Below, one piece after another: positions 10,643 through 19,741 of a DNA stretch of 64,000 nucleotides. How positions within the stretch are numbered: the first letter of the stretch is position 1; every line of letters begins with the position of its first letter. Origin of the DNA: Myxococcota bacterium (lineage in GTDB: Bacteria > Myxococcota_A > UBA9042 > PHBI01 > JAWLBL01). The stretch covers positions 432,190-496,189 of the forward strand of contig JAWLBL010000001.1 of the NCBI GenBank assembly GCA_041687695.1, written 5' to 3'. A program made the translations under genes and the position numbers. The notes under the pieces were generated by a model. It saw only the letters and a program-made list of their open reading frames with translations, had not been told where the DNA came from and did no database searches.

Positions 10643-11842
10643 ATGTCCGCCCGCCTCGCCGAGCTCGCTTCGACCTCGATGTCCCTGGCCCGCTTCGCCC
10701 TGGCGCTCTGCGCGATGGCCGCCGCCGCGGCGTGCGGCGACGCGCCGGTCGAGACCGCGTCCTCGACCTGCAGCTGCGAGGGCCGCGCCTGCGGCGACGA
10801 CGGCTGCGGCGCCTCCTGCGGCGCGTGCGGCGACGGGACGACCTGCTTCGGCGGCCAGTGCATCGACGCGGCCGAGTGCGACGTCGTCGGGTTCGCGCCC
10901 ACGGCCGAGTCGGTGTTCACGCGCCGCGCCGGAGGGCAGCAGCGCCTGCACTACGTCGCGACGACCAAGACCGTCTCGCCGCCCTTCGACATGGTGGTCA
11001 TCGACCTCGACCACGCCGGCTTCTTCCCCGGGGGCGTCCCGGCGGCCGGCACCTACGACCTCGCCGGCCTCGACGGCCCGACCTGCAGCCTATGCGTGCG
11101 CGGCTTCGGCTTCTGCAACGATCAGGACTGCTTCAACAAGTTCGTCGCCAAGGAGGGGCGCCTGACCCTGTCCGAGACGGGCGAGCCGGGCACCCCCTTC
11201 GTCGGCCGCCTCGACGCCGTGAAGTTCCAGCAGATCCGCATCACCGACAGCGGCCAGGTCACGCCACACCCCTCCGGCAAGACCTGGTGCCTCGACCAGC
11301 TGGCCTTCTCGCAGGACGTCCCGCCCCTGCCCGACAGCAGCAGCACCTGCGTCGCGCCCGGGACCGGCACCAAGGTCGGCGACAACATCGGCGACTTCGC
11401 CCTGACCAACTGCCTGGGCGAAGAGGTCGCCCTGCACGCCCGCTGCGGCGCCGCCAAGGCCCTGTGGGTGGTCGCCGTGGCCGGCTGGTGCGGCGCCTGC
11501 GAGAGCTTCGTGCCCTACGTCGCGCAGCAGTACGCCGAGCGCTCGGACGACGGCCTCGAGATCATGATCGTCCTCGGCGAGGACAACCACGGCGGCAAGC
11601 CCTCGCTCGATTACTGCAAGGCCTACGCGAGCCACCACGGCGTCGACCCGCGGCTGGTCTTCGTCGACCACGGCACCAGCGGCTGGCAGCAGACCTTCTC
11701 GAAGATCGAGACCTACTCGGGCGGCACCCTGGGCCTGCCGTGGAATGCGCTCCTCGACGCGACCAGCATGGAGTATGTCTGGAGCACCAACGCCGGCACC
11801 GGCGACCTCGCCGCCGAGCTCGACGCCCTGCTCCAGCCCTGA
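10643..11842 (+). CDS. Cys-rich lipoprotein with C-terminal thioredoxin-like (TlpA/redoxin) domain
   Basis: Lipobox AAAC, CEGRACGDDGCGASCGAC motif, C-terminal VGDNIGDFALTNC...AGWCGAC...GLPWN. Start may be 10679. Confidence 0.75.
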   Translation: MSARLAELASTSMSLARFALALCAMAAAAACGDAPVETASSTCSCEGRACGDDGCGASCGACGDGTTCFGGQCIDAAECDVVGFAPTAESVFTRRAGGQQRLHYVATTKTVSPPFDMVVIDLDHAGFFPGGVPAAGTYDLAGLDGPTCSLCVRGFGFCNDQDCFNKFVAKEGRLTLSETGEPGTPFVGRLDAVKFQQIRITDSGQVTPHPSGKTWCLDQLAFSQDVPPLPDSSSTCVAPGTGTKVGDNIGDFALTNCLGEEVALHARCGAAKALWVVAVAGWCGACESFVPYVAQQYAERSDDGLEIMIVLGEDNHGGKPSLDYCKAYASHHGVDPRLVFVDHGTSGWQQTFSKIETYSGGTLGLPWNALLDATSMEYVWSTNAGTGDLAAELDALLQP

Positions 11843-11848
11843 CCCCGC

Positions 11849-12703
11849 GTGACGATGCTCGGTCCCGACGCCTTCCAGCTCCTCTGCCTCGCCGTCCTCG
11901 CCACCGCCTGGGCCTTCCTGCTGCGCCAGGGGGACGACGCCCGCGCCCTCGCTCGTGACGGCCTGCTCCTGGGCGCTGGCGCCTGGCTCGGCGAGCAAAC
12001 ATGCATCGCCTGGTACGCCTTCTACGGCTACGCCGACTTCTGGTGGGTCCGCCTCGGCCACATCCCGCTGCTCGTCGCCCTCATCTGGCCCATGGTCATC
12101 CTCTCGGCGCGCCAGGTCGTCGGCGCCCTCGCCCCCAACGCGCGCGGCCTCGCCTCCGCCGCCCTGGTCGGCCTCGTCGTCATCTTCGACGCCTCGCTCG
12201 TAGAGGTCGTCGCCGTCCGCGCCGGCCTGTGGGCCTGGGCCGAGGGCGGCTACCTGGACGTCCCCCTCATCGGCATCCTGGGCTGGGGCTTTTACGGCGC
12301 CGCCGCCTCGTGGTGGCTCGACCGCGCCCGCGGCCCCTGGCGCCTGGCCCTGCCCCTGGTCGCCCTCCCCCTCACCCACGGCCTCATCCAGCTCGCCTGG
12401 TGGGCCCTGTTCCGCTGGACCCTGCGCGACCCGGCCACCCTCGGCCCCACCCTCTTCTGGGCCGCCTTCGCCGCCCTCGCCCTCGCCTTCGCCCTGCGCG
12501 CCCGCGCCCGCGGCCTCGGCCTGCCCCTCGACACCGCCCTGCCCCGCGTCCTCGCCTCGGCCGTCTTCCTCTACCTGCTCGTCACCTTCGACGCATCGGA
12601 CGACACCTGGCTCCGCTGGCGCCACACCGCCCTGGTCGCCGTCCCCTACCTGGTCGCGACCCGCTGGTCCCGCGCCCCCGCCCCCGCGCTGGCGGCCCGC
12701 TGA
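11849..12703 (+). CDS. Integral membrane protein, CruF/DUF422-like
   Basis: Multiple TM segments; E...YGY...LGHIPL, DASLVEVVAVRAGLWAW, YLDVPLIGILGW. Confidence 0.6.
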   Translation: MTMLGPDAFQLLCLAVLATAWAFLLRQGDDARALARDGLLLGAGAWLGEQTCIAWYAFYGYADFWWVRLGHIPLLVALIWPMVILSARQVVGALAPNARGLASAALVGLVVIFDASLVEVVAVRAGLWAWAEGGYLDVPLIGILGWGFYGAAASWWLDRARGPWRLALPLVALPLTHGLIQLAWWALFRWTLRDPATLGPTLFWAAFAALALAFALRARARGLGLPLDTALPRVLASAVFLYLLVTFDASDDTWLRWRHTALVAVPYLVATRWSRAPAPALAAR

Positions 12704-12710
12704 CGCGCCC

Positions 12711-14789
12711 TCACGGGCAGCCCGGCAGCGCGCACGGCGGGTCCTCGCACAGGTCGGCCACCCGCATCATCCACAGCGTCGGCGGCGTCGCGGCCGTCCG
12801 CCCGAACAGGGCCAGCCCCCCGTCCAGCGCCACCACCGCCGTAGCCGCCCGCGGCAGCGCCATCCCGGTCCACTCGTGGCCACCCGCCGACACGCCCGCC
12901 GGCGACAAACGCTGGAAGGCGACGGCGACGTTGCCCGGCCCCGAACGCGCCACCAGCACGTCCCCCTCGGCCGTGAGCGCCGCGTCGACCGGGTCGCCGC
13001 TGGCCTGCGACCACGCCACCTGACCGTCCGCCCCGACCGCCGCCAGCGCCCACTGCGCGCCCACGATCCAGCCCCCGTTCGGCCCCGGCCTCGCGAAGGT
13101 CGGCGTCCCCGTGGCGTCCCCCAGGACCGCGGCCTCGGGCCACGCCAGCGCGCCGTCGGCGGTCAGGGCCCTCACCTCCAGCTTCGCGCCGCCTGGCTTC
13201 GGCACCCAGGCTGCCACCACCGCGCCCGCCGGGCCGCCGCCGAAGACCACGGCCGTGGGGTCCAGGTTGTCCATCGTGGTCTCCCAGACCGGGTCTCCGG
13301 CGGCCGTCACCCGCCGCACCGTCACGTCCTGCTTGGTCGCGGTGCCGATGAGCAGGTCGCCCTCGGGCCCCGCCGCCAGCCCCAGCACCGTGTAGTGCGG
13401 CAGCGACAGCACCACCGGCGCCCCCGCCTGCCCGTCCGCCCCGAACGTGACCAGCCACGCCGTGTCCAGGACCGAGCTGGTGCGGACCAGGGTCACGATC
13501 TCCCCGTCCGCCCCGAGCACCATCCCCGACAGCCAGGCCGACTCGCCGCCGGGCGGGCTCCAGGTCACGTCCCAGACCACCTCGCCCGCCGGCGTCCAGC
13601 GCACCAATCGGACCTGCCCCTGCGACGGCAGCTCGCCGATCTGCGCCCCGCCCAACAGCAGGTCGCCGCCGCTCAGCGCCAGCCCGAACGCCGGCACGTA
13701 CTTAGACGTCGTGCCCACGACGCGCTCCCAGCTCGACACGCCCTGCCCGACGCACTGCCCCTGCTGGCACAACCCGCCGACCTCGCACTCCGATGGCGCG
13801 CAGCTGGCCACCTGCGCCGTGTGCACGCACCCGACCGCCGCGTCGCAGGCGTCCTTGGTGCACGGGTCACCGTCGTCGCAGTCCAACGCCACGCCCTCGC
13901 ACACGCCCGCGGCGACGCACACCGTCTCGACCGTGCACGGGTCGCCGTCGTCGCACGCGCCCCCCTGCGTCCATCCCGGCCCGGTGCACGGCGCCAGCGC
14001 CTGGCACACGCCGTCCACGCAGCGTGCCGTGTCTGCCACTGGGCAGGCCTCGACGCCCCACGGTTCCTCGCAATACCACGACGGCTCCACGGCCCCGCAC
14101 CACGCGCCGACCAGCGCCTTGATCTGTCCCTCGAAGGCCACCAGCTGCGCGTCGGCTATAGCGTGGCTACACAGGTCCCCGCATGCACCGCCGAGGGCGG
14201 TGACGACCACGCACTCCGCGTCCTGCTCGCACGCCGCGAGCTGGCTCGCCGCTTCGGCGATGGCGTGCCGGGCGCCGACGACCAGGTCCTGGCAGCCCTT
14301 GCACCCCTCGGGCGTCGTGAACTGCCCGAAGTCGCAGCCCTCAGAGCACGCGGCCAACAAGCAGTGGTCCGTGTGGAAGCACGACCAGGTCCCCCCGTTG
14401 CAGTCGCAGACGAGGCTGTCGTCGCAGCTGCCGCAGCAGCACTCCGTTCCGTACGTGCACTCTCCCCAGACCGCGCAAGCGCCGTCGAAGGGCGGCTCCT
14501 CGGGCGGACACGTGGTCGGTACGTCCGGGACGACGTCACCCTCACCGACATCTCCCCCGACGTCGGCATCGCCGATGTCACCCGCGGCGTCGCCGTCGCC
14601 CACGACGACACCGTCCGAGTCGGCAACGTCCGCCAGCGCGTCCTCCATCGCGTCCTGGTCCTTGGACGCATCGACTTCGCCGGCGCCGTCCCCGGCGTCC
14701 TCGGCCCCCGCAGGCTCGCCGCAGGCCACCATCGCCCAGGCGGTCAGCGCGGCAGCCAGGGCCCAGCGAGAGGTAGTGATCTTCTTCAT
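12711..14789 (-). CDS. Cys-rich lipoprotein with C-terminal beta-propeller-like region
   Basis: MKKITTSRW signal ending MVAC, acidic linker, CDDGDPCT repeats, W-anchored propeller-like blades. Confidence 0.7.
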   Translation of the reverse strand: MKKITTSRWALAAALTAWAMVACGEPAGAEDAGDGAGEVDASKDQDAMEDALADVADSDGVVVGDGDAAGDIGDADVGGDVGEGDVVPDVPTTCPPEEPPFDGACAVWGECTYGTECCCGSCDDSLVCDCNGGTWSCFHTDHCLLAACSEGCDFGQFTTPEGCKGCQDLVVGARHAIAEAASQLAACEQDAECVVVTALGGACGDLCSHAIADAQLVAFEGQIKALVGAWCGAVEPSWYCEEPWGVEACPVADTARCVDGVCQALAPCTGPGWTQGGACDDGDPCTVETVCVAAGVCEGVALDCDDGDPCTKDACDAAVGCVHTAQVASCAPSECEVGGLCQQGQCVGQGVSSWERVVGTTSKYVPAFGLALSGGDLLLGGAQIGELPSQGQVRLVRWTPAGEVVWDVTWSPPGGESAWLSGMVLGADGEIVTLVRTSSVLDTAWLVTFGADGQAGAPVVLSLPHYTVLGLAAGPEGDLLIGTATKQDVTVRRVTAAGDPVWETTMDNLDPTAVVFGGGPAGAVVAAWVPKPGGAKLEVRALTADGALAWPEAAVLGDATGTPTFARPGPNGGWIVGAQWALAAVGADGQVAWSQASGDPVDAALTAEGDVLVARSGPGNVAVAFQRLSPAGVSAGGHEWTGMALPRAATAVVALDGGLALFGRTAATPPTLWMMRVADLCEDPPCALPGCP

Positions 14790-14890
14790 GACGCGCGCTC
14801 CCGGTCTCGACAGGTCCGGTCGAGCATGGCACGCCCCCCGTGCCCGACGCCACCGCATCCGCACCGGCGCCGCCCGCGCGCCCTGCAACC

Positions 14891-16459
14891 TCACCCGGAT
14901 TCGCTGGCGTCGCTGCTCCTTGGCAGGCGCACCGTGAACACCGTGCCCGCCTCCACCGCCGAACGCACGGTCACCGAGCCCCCGTGCGCCTCCACGATGT
15001 GCTTGACGATGAACAGGCCCAGCCCGACGCTGCGGTCGCCCGCTCCCGCGCTCCCGGCCGCCCGCTGCATCGGCTGGAACAGGCGCTCGCGCGCGTCCTC
15101 CGCGATGGGCGCCCCCTCGTTGCGCACCTCGAGCACCACGTCGACGCCCTCGCCCCGCGCCCAGACCGCCACCGGAGTGGCCGGCGCGCTGTACTTCAAC
15201 GCGTTCGCCACCAGGTTCGTCACGACCTGGGCCAGGCGGTCGGCGTCCCAGCACCCCTGCGTGTCGCCTTCGCTCGACACGACGATGTCACGCTCGGGGA
15301 AGTTGGCCCGCACCTCCTCGACCACCTGATGGGTCAGCGCGTGCAGGTCGACGCGCCGCGGCTCCACCGGCAGCCCCCCGCCGAGGCGCGCCCGGGTCCA
15401 GTCCAGGAGGTCCCCGACCAGGCGCGAGGCCCGCTCGGCCGAGCTCAGCACCCGCCGCAGCGCGCCCACGACCCGCTCGTCCAGCGGGCCACGACGCAGC
15501 AGGCTCGACGTCTGCAGCAAGATGGCGCTCAAGGGGTTGCGCAGGTCGTGGCTCACGATGCCGATGAGCTGCTGCTCGAACTCCGAGCGCTCACGCGCCT
15601 CGGCCGCCAGGCGCTCGGCGCGCTCTCGGGCCGCCTGCTCCCGCGCGAGCAACGCCTCGCGCTCGGCTTCGTGGCGCTTTTGGGCGCGCAGGTCGCGCGT
15701 GACGGTGCCGTATCCGAGCATGCGGTGGGTGTTCGGCTCGCGGATGGCGAAGAAGCTGTGGAACACCGGGATGCGCTCGCCCGTGACGAAGTGGTTGAAC
15801 AGCGTCTCGCCCTCCCAATGCCCCTCGCGCTCGAGCGCCGGGTAGATGACCCGCGCGGCGAACTCGCGCACCTCGGGCGCGTAGTAGTTGGGCGTCACCG
15901 TCGCCTCGGGCGCCCCCTCGAGGCCGACCAGCCGGCGTCCGGCCGGGTTGACGTAGACCGGCCGCCCCTCGACGTCGGCGACGCCGATGAAGTCCCGCGA
16001 GTCCTCGACCAGCGCCCCGAGGCGCCGCAGCTCGGCGTGCACGTCGCTACGGTCGGTCACGTCGCGGCCCACGAAGTACGACGACCCGTCCTGCGGGCCG
16101 GAGGTCACGCGCCAGGCGATCCAGCGGGTCGTCCCGTCGCGGTGCCGGATCCGGTGCTCGAGGTCGACCGTCGCCTGACCCGCCGCCAGCGCCGCCAGCG
16201 CGTCCTGGGACGCAGACACGTCGTCGGGGTGGACGAGATCGATGAACGGCTGCGCGACCAGCTCGGCCTCGCTCGCGCCGAGCGCCGCGCACAAAGCCGG
16301 GTTGACGCGACTCCAGCGCCCCTCGGCGGCGGACCCGACCGCGAGCAGCTCGGCCGACAGATCGAAGAAACGCGCGAGGTCTGGCTGCGACGCCGTAGGC
16401 TGGGGTTGCGCCCCGCCGCGCGCGCCGTTCGTCCCTCGGGTCCGCTTCCCCATCGCCAC
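14891..16459 (-). CDS. PAS-domain sensor histidine kinase
   Basis: Two PAS domains (VHPDD, YVNPAG); H-box SHDLRNPL, N-box NLVANALKY, G-box GLGLFIV. Confidence 0.95.
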   Translation of the reverse strand: MAMGKRTRGTNGARGGAQPQPTASQPDLARFFDLSAELLAVGSAAEGRWSRVNPALCAALGASEAELVAQPFIDLVHPDDVSASQDALAALAAGQATVDLEHRIRHRDGTTRWIAWRVTSGPQDGSSYFVGRDVTDRSDVHAELRRLGALVEDSRDFIGVADVEGRPVYVNPAGRRLVGLEGAPEATVTPNYYAPEVREFAARVIYPALEREGHWEGETLFNHFVTGERIPVFHSFFAIREPNTHRMLGYGTVTRDLRAQKRHEAEREALLAREQAARERAERLAAEARERSEFEQQLIGIVSHDLRNPLSAILLQTSSLLRRGPLDERVVGALRRVLSSAERASRLVGDLLDWTRARLGGGLPVEPRRVDLHALTHQVVEEVRANFPERDIVVSSEGDTQGCWDADRLAQVVTNLVANALKYSAPATPVAVWARGEGVDVVLEVRNEGAPIAEDARERLFQPMQRAAGSAGAGDRSVGLGLFIVKHIVEAHGGSVTVRSAVEAGTVFTVRLPRSSDASESG

Positions 16460-16521
16460 GCCTCCCGGTCGATGGCTCTAGCAGACGCTCGCGGGCCGGT
16501 CACCGATGCAGGCTCGATGGC

Positions 16522-16935
16522 CTACGCCACGTGCTCCGGGTCCATCCACAGGACCTCCCAGTGGTGCCCGTCGGGGTCGTAGAAGCTCCAGGCGTACATG
16601 AAGCCGTGGTCCTGCGCGTCCTTGGCGTGCCGGCCGCCGTTGGCGACGGCCTTGGCGACCAGGGCGTCGACCTCGGCGCGGCTCGCGCAGGACAGCGCGA
16701 CGAGCACCTCGGTGTGGGTCGCCGTGTCGCAGATGGCGTTGTCGGTGAAGCCCTGAAAGAAGGGCCGCTGCAGCAGCATGACGAAGCCGTCGTCGCTGAG
16801 GATCATGCAGGCCGCGTTGTCGTCGGTGAATTGCGGGTTGAACTCGAAACCCAAGGCCGTGAAAAAGGCCATGGTGCGCTTCAGGTCGGCGACGGGCAGG
16901 TTGATGAAGACCTTGCGGGGGTTCTGAACGGCCAT
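16522..16935 (-). CDS. VOC/glyoxalase family protein
   Basis: KVFINLPVADLKRTMAFFTALGF...FMYAWSFYDPDGHHWEV; GGAGG before ATG 16935. Confidence 0.9.
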   Translation of the reverse strand: MAVQNPRKVFINLPVADLKRTMAFFTALGFEFNPQFTDDNAACMILSDDGFVMLLQRPFFQGFTDNAICDTATHTEVLVALSCASRAEVDALVAKAVANGGRHAKDAQDHGFMYAWSFYDPDGHHWEVLWMDPEHVA

Positions 16936-17006
16936 GTCGGGCCTCCGGCGGACGTCGTGGTTCGGCTCGCGCGAGGCCGCGACGTGCCGCCTCGCTCGCA
17001 TGCCCC

Positions 17007-17037
17007 TTTGGACCGCCGCGCCAGGCGAGACTCATCG
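17007..17037 (-). promoter_or_regulatory. SigG-type ECF promoter for the VOC gene
   Basis: Minus strand reads CGATGA-N18-GTCCAAA, matching the mycobacterial SigG consensus CGATGA(N18)GTCNNTA as I recall it. It lies between the sigma gene and the VOC gene. Confidence 0.65.
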
Positions 17038-17068
17038 GCCGCGGCGAAAAAAAACGACCGCGGCTCGC

Positions 17069-18031
17069 CTACTCGGCCGGCAGCGCCATCGGCAGCCCGA
17101 AGCGCGGGAAGAGCGTCTCGGTGTCCAGGAACGAGGTCCAGCTGGCGATGCGGTCGCCGGACAGCTCGAGCACGGCCAGGGCCCACGGCCGATAGCCGCC
17201 GTCGGGCGCCAGCTTGTACTGGGCGAAGGTCGGCAGCCCGCACGCCGCGGTCGGCACCAGGCGAGAGCCGCGACAGGCGGCGCCGCGGCCCAGCAGCCAG
17301 GCGCGCACCGCCTCGGGGCCCTGCAGCCACAGCGCGTAGGGCGGCATCGAGAAGACGGCGTCCTCGCGCAGCAGCGCGGCCAGCGCGTCCGCGTCGTAGC
17401 GGTGGAAGGCCTCGACGTACCGCTCGAGCAGCTGGCCCTGCGCGGGCGACAGCGGCTCGACCTCGCGCACGTCGCGGCTCGCCAGCGTCGCCCGGGCGCG
17501 CTGCAGGGCGCTGTTGACGGCGGCCACCGTGGTCTCGAGGGCCTGGGCCACCTCGGCGGCCGACCAGCCCAGCACCTCGGTCAGCAGCAGGGCCGCGCGC
17601 TGCCGCGGGGGCAGGTGCTGCAGCGCCGCCACGAAGGCCAGCCGGATGCTCTGGCGCAAGATGAGCTGTCGCGCGGGGTCCTCGTCGTCGGGGATGGCGC
17701 TCGCGTCGGGCACCGGCTCGAGCCAGTGCGTCCTGGGGCGCGCGACCAGCTCGTCGGTCACCGTCCCGGCGGGCCCCTCCTCGACCGGGCGGGCGCGCCG
17801 CTTGCGGGCGGCCAGCTGGTCCAGGCAGACGTTGGTCGCGATGCGGTACAGCCAGGTGCGCACCGAGGCGCGCCCGTCGAAGCGCTCGAAGTGCCGCCAG
17901 GCGCGGACCATCGTCTCCTGGACGGCGTCGTCGGCGTCGACCACCGAGCCGAGCATCCGATAGCAGTGACCCGTCAGGGCGGCGCGGTGCGGTTCGAGTG
18001 AGGCGACGCTGTCGGCTTGGGTGACGGTCAT
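17069..18031 (-). CDS. ECF sigma factor with C-terminal SnoaL-like domain (SigG-like)
   Basis: [61 protein letters not shown], SnoaL tail with MPP. Confidence 0.92.
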   Translation of the reverse strand: MTVTQADSVASLEPHRAALTGHCYRMLGSVVDADDAVQETMVRAWRHFERFDGRASVRTWLYRIATNVCLDQLAARKRRARPVEEGPAGTVTDELVARPRTHWLEPVPDASAIPDDEDPARQLILRQSIRLAFVAALQHLPPRQRAALLLTEVLGWSAAEVAQALETTVAAVNSALQRARATLASRDVREVEPLSPAQGQLLERYVEAFHRYDADALAALLREDAVFSMPPYALWLQGPEAVRAWLLGRGAACRGSRLVPTAACGLPTFAQYKLAPDGGYRPWALAVLELSGDRIASWTSFLDTETLFPRFGLPMALPAE

Positions 18032-18088
18032 GGTGTGGGATCTAGCACTGCCCCCCCGGCCGCGTCGACCCTGGCGCCGGGGCGCCGC

Positions 18089-19000
18089 TCAACCCACCAG
18101 GAACACGTTGTCGGGCAGCCCCGCGGCGGCCCACAGCCGCGTGCCCAGCAGGTAGAAGAGCAGCAGCGCCGTGCCCAGGTGCGTCAGGTTGATGCAGTCG
18201 GCGCGCGTCAGGCCCCGGCGAAAGCGCGGGCGATAGAAGGCCAGCTGCACCGCGGGCGCCGCCAGCATCAGGCCCTCCTTCAGCCCGACCAGCCCGCCCA
18301 GCACGCCGGCCGCCAGGATGACGACCGACAGGGCCAGCAGCCCGTCGATGATCTGCCGCGACCGCTCGGCCCCGTGGACCACCGGGTAGGTCGGCACCTT
18401 CGCCAGGCGGTCGCCCTCGAGGTCCCTGAGATCATAGAGGATCTCGTAGGTGATCTCGAAGGCGACGAAGAAGGCGGCGAGCAGCGCGACGGCCGCCCAG
18501 CCGCCCGGATGCGCCACGGTCCAGGCGTTCACGGCCAGCGGGTAGATGAAGACGGTCAGCACGAACAGAGCCGCGCTCATGAAGTTCTTGAAGAAGTAGA
18601 GGTCCTTGAAGCGGCGCAGCCCGCGCAGGGTCGGCACCAGCGGCACCGAGTAACCCAGCCCGATGACCTGCACGACGACACGCAGCCAGGTCAGCTCGGG
18701 GAAGGCCACCAGGGTCCAGGCGAAGGAGCCGACCTGGATGACGACCCAGGCGATCGTGAAGCCGCGCAGGTGCCGCGCGACCCGCTCGGTGCCGCGGATC
18801 TCGTTGGCCAGGTCCTCCTCGAGGTCCGTGATGCGGTTGAGCAGGTTGATGAGCAGCCAGTCCAGCCCGCCGACCAGGGCGATGGCCCACGGGTACTCGC
18901 CGGTGAACAGCCAACCGAAGACCAGGGCGGCCGCCATGGCGATGCCGATGATGTGCAAGCGCAAGATGGAGCCGAGATCGGCGATGGCCTCGAGTCGCAT
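18089..19000 (-). CDS. UbiA-family prenyltransferase
   Basis: Asp-rich motifs NRITDLEEDLAN and YDLRDLEGD; multiple TM segments. Confidence 0.88.
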   Translation of the reverse strand: MRLEAIADLGSILRLHIIGIAMAAALVFGWLFTGEYPWAIALVGGLDWLLINLLNRITDLEEDLANEIRGTERVARHLRGFTIAWVVIQVGSFAWTLVAFPELTWLRVVVQVIGLGYSVPLVPTLRGLRRFKDLYFFKNFMSAALFVLTVFIYPLAVNAWTVAHPGGWAAVALLAAFFVAFEITYEILYDLRDLEGDRLAKVPTYPVVHGAERSRQIIDGLLALSVVILAAGVLGGLVGLKEGLMLAAPAVQLAFYRPRFRRGLTRADCINLTHLGTALLLFYLLGTRLWAAAGLPDNVFLVG

Positions 19001-19046
19001 GCGTCCTCCGGGGTTCGCGCGCCTCGTTTACCGGAAGGCGCGGCGA

Positions 19047-19110
19047 TTGACACGCGTGTCGTTGACACGGCCCGCCGTGGCGACGATGCTCTTGGTCAGA
19101 TGACCAAGAG
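19047..19110 (+). promoter_or_regulatory. tetR promoter and candidate operator
   Basis: TTGACA (19062-19067)-N17-GATGCT (19085-19090); perfect inverted repeat CTCTTGGTCA-ga-TGACCAAGAG (19089-19110) over the ATG; palindrome GACACGCGTGTC at 19049-19060. Confidence 0.65.
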
Positions 19111-19741
19111 GCCGAACACCCCGGTCGTGACGACCGCCCCGCGCGCCGACGACGTGGCCCTGCAGGCCGCCGCGAAGCTGTTTCGCGTCAAGGGCTTCGC
19201 CGGGACGACGGTGCGCGAGATCGCCGCCGAGGCCGGGATGCTCCCGGGCAGCCTGCACTACCGCTACCCGACCAAGGAGGCGCTGCTGCTGGCGCTGATG
19301 GCGCGCGCGGTCGCGCAAGTCGGCGCCGCGGTCGAGGCGGCCACGGCCGACGTGACGGACGCGGTCGAGCGCCTGCGCGCGGGTCTGCGAGCGCACCTCG
19401 AGCACCTCCTGTCGGGCGACGACGCAGTGTACGTGCTGGTGTTCGAGTGGTGCGCGCTGTCGGGCGACGCGCTCGCCGAGATGACGCGCCTGCGCGACCG
19501 CTACGAGGCCATCTGGGGGCGGCTGCTCGGTCAGGCCGCCGCCGCGGGCGCCCTGCGCGCCGATCTCGACCTGGGTGTCGTCCGCCGCCTCGGCTTCGGC
19601 GCCGTCAACTGGATCGCCACCTGGTACCGGCCGGGCGGGCCGCACACGCCCGAGACCCTGGCCGATCAGGCGCTCGAGCTGTTGCTCCACGGCGCCGCCC
19701 CGCCCCGCGAAGGAGTCGACGATGGTCAGTCTGTTCGGTAG
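19100..19741 (+). CDS. TetR/AcrR-family regulator (KstR2-like C-terminus)
   Basis: AAAKLFRVKGFAGTTVREIAAEAGMLPGSLHYRYPTKEALL; GAVNWIATWYRPGG. Confidence 0.93.
   Translation: MTKRPNTPVVTTAPRADDVALQAAAKLFRVKGFAGTTVREIAAEAGMLPGSLHYRYPTKEALLLALMARAVAQVGAAVEAATADVTDAVERLRAGLRAHLEHLLSGDDAVYVLVFEWCALSGDALAEMTRLRDRYEAIWGRLLGQAAAAGALRADLDLGVVRRLGFGAVNWIATWYRPGGPHTPETLADQALELLLHGAAPPREGVDDGQSVR

Noticed and set aside
17038..17064. Intrinsic terminator after the sigma gene
   Set aside because: The A/T run forms the loop of the GC stem rather than following it.
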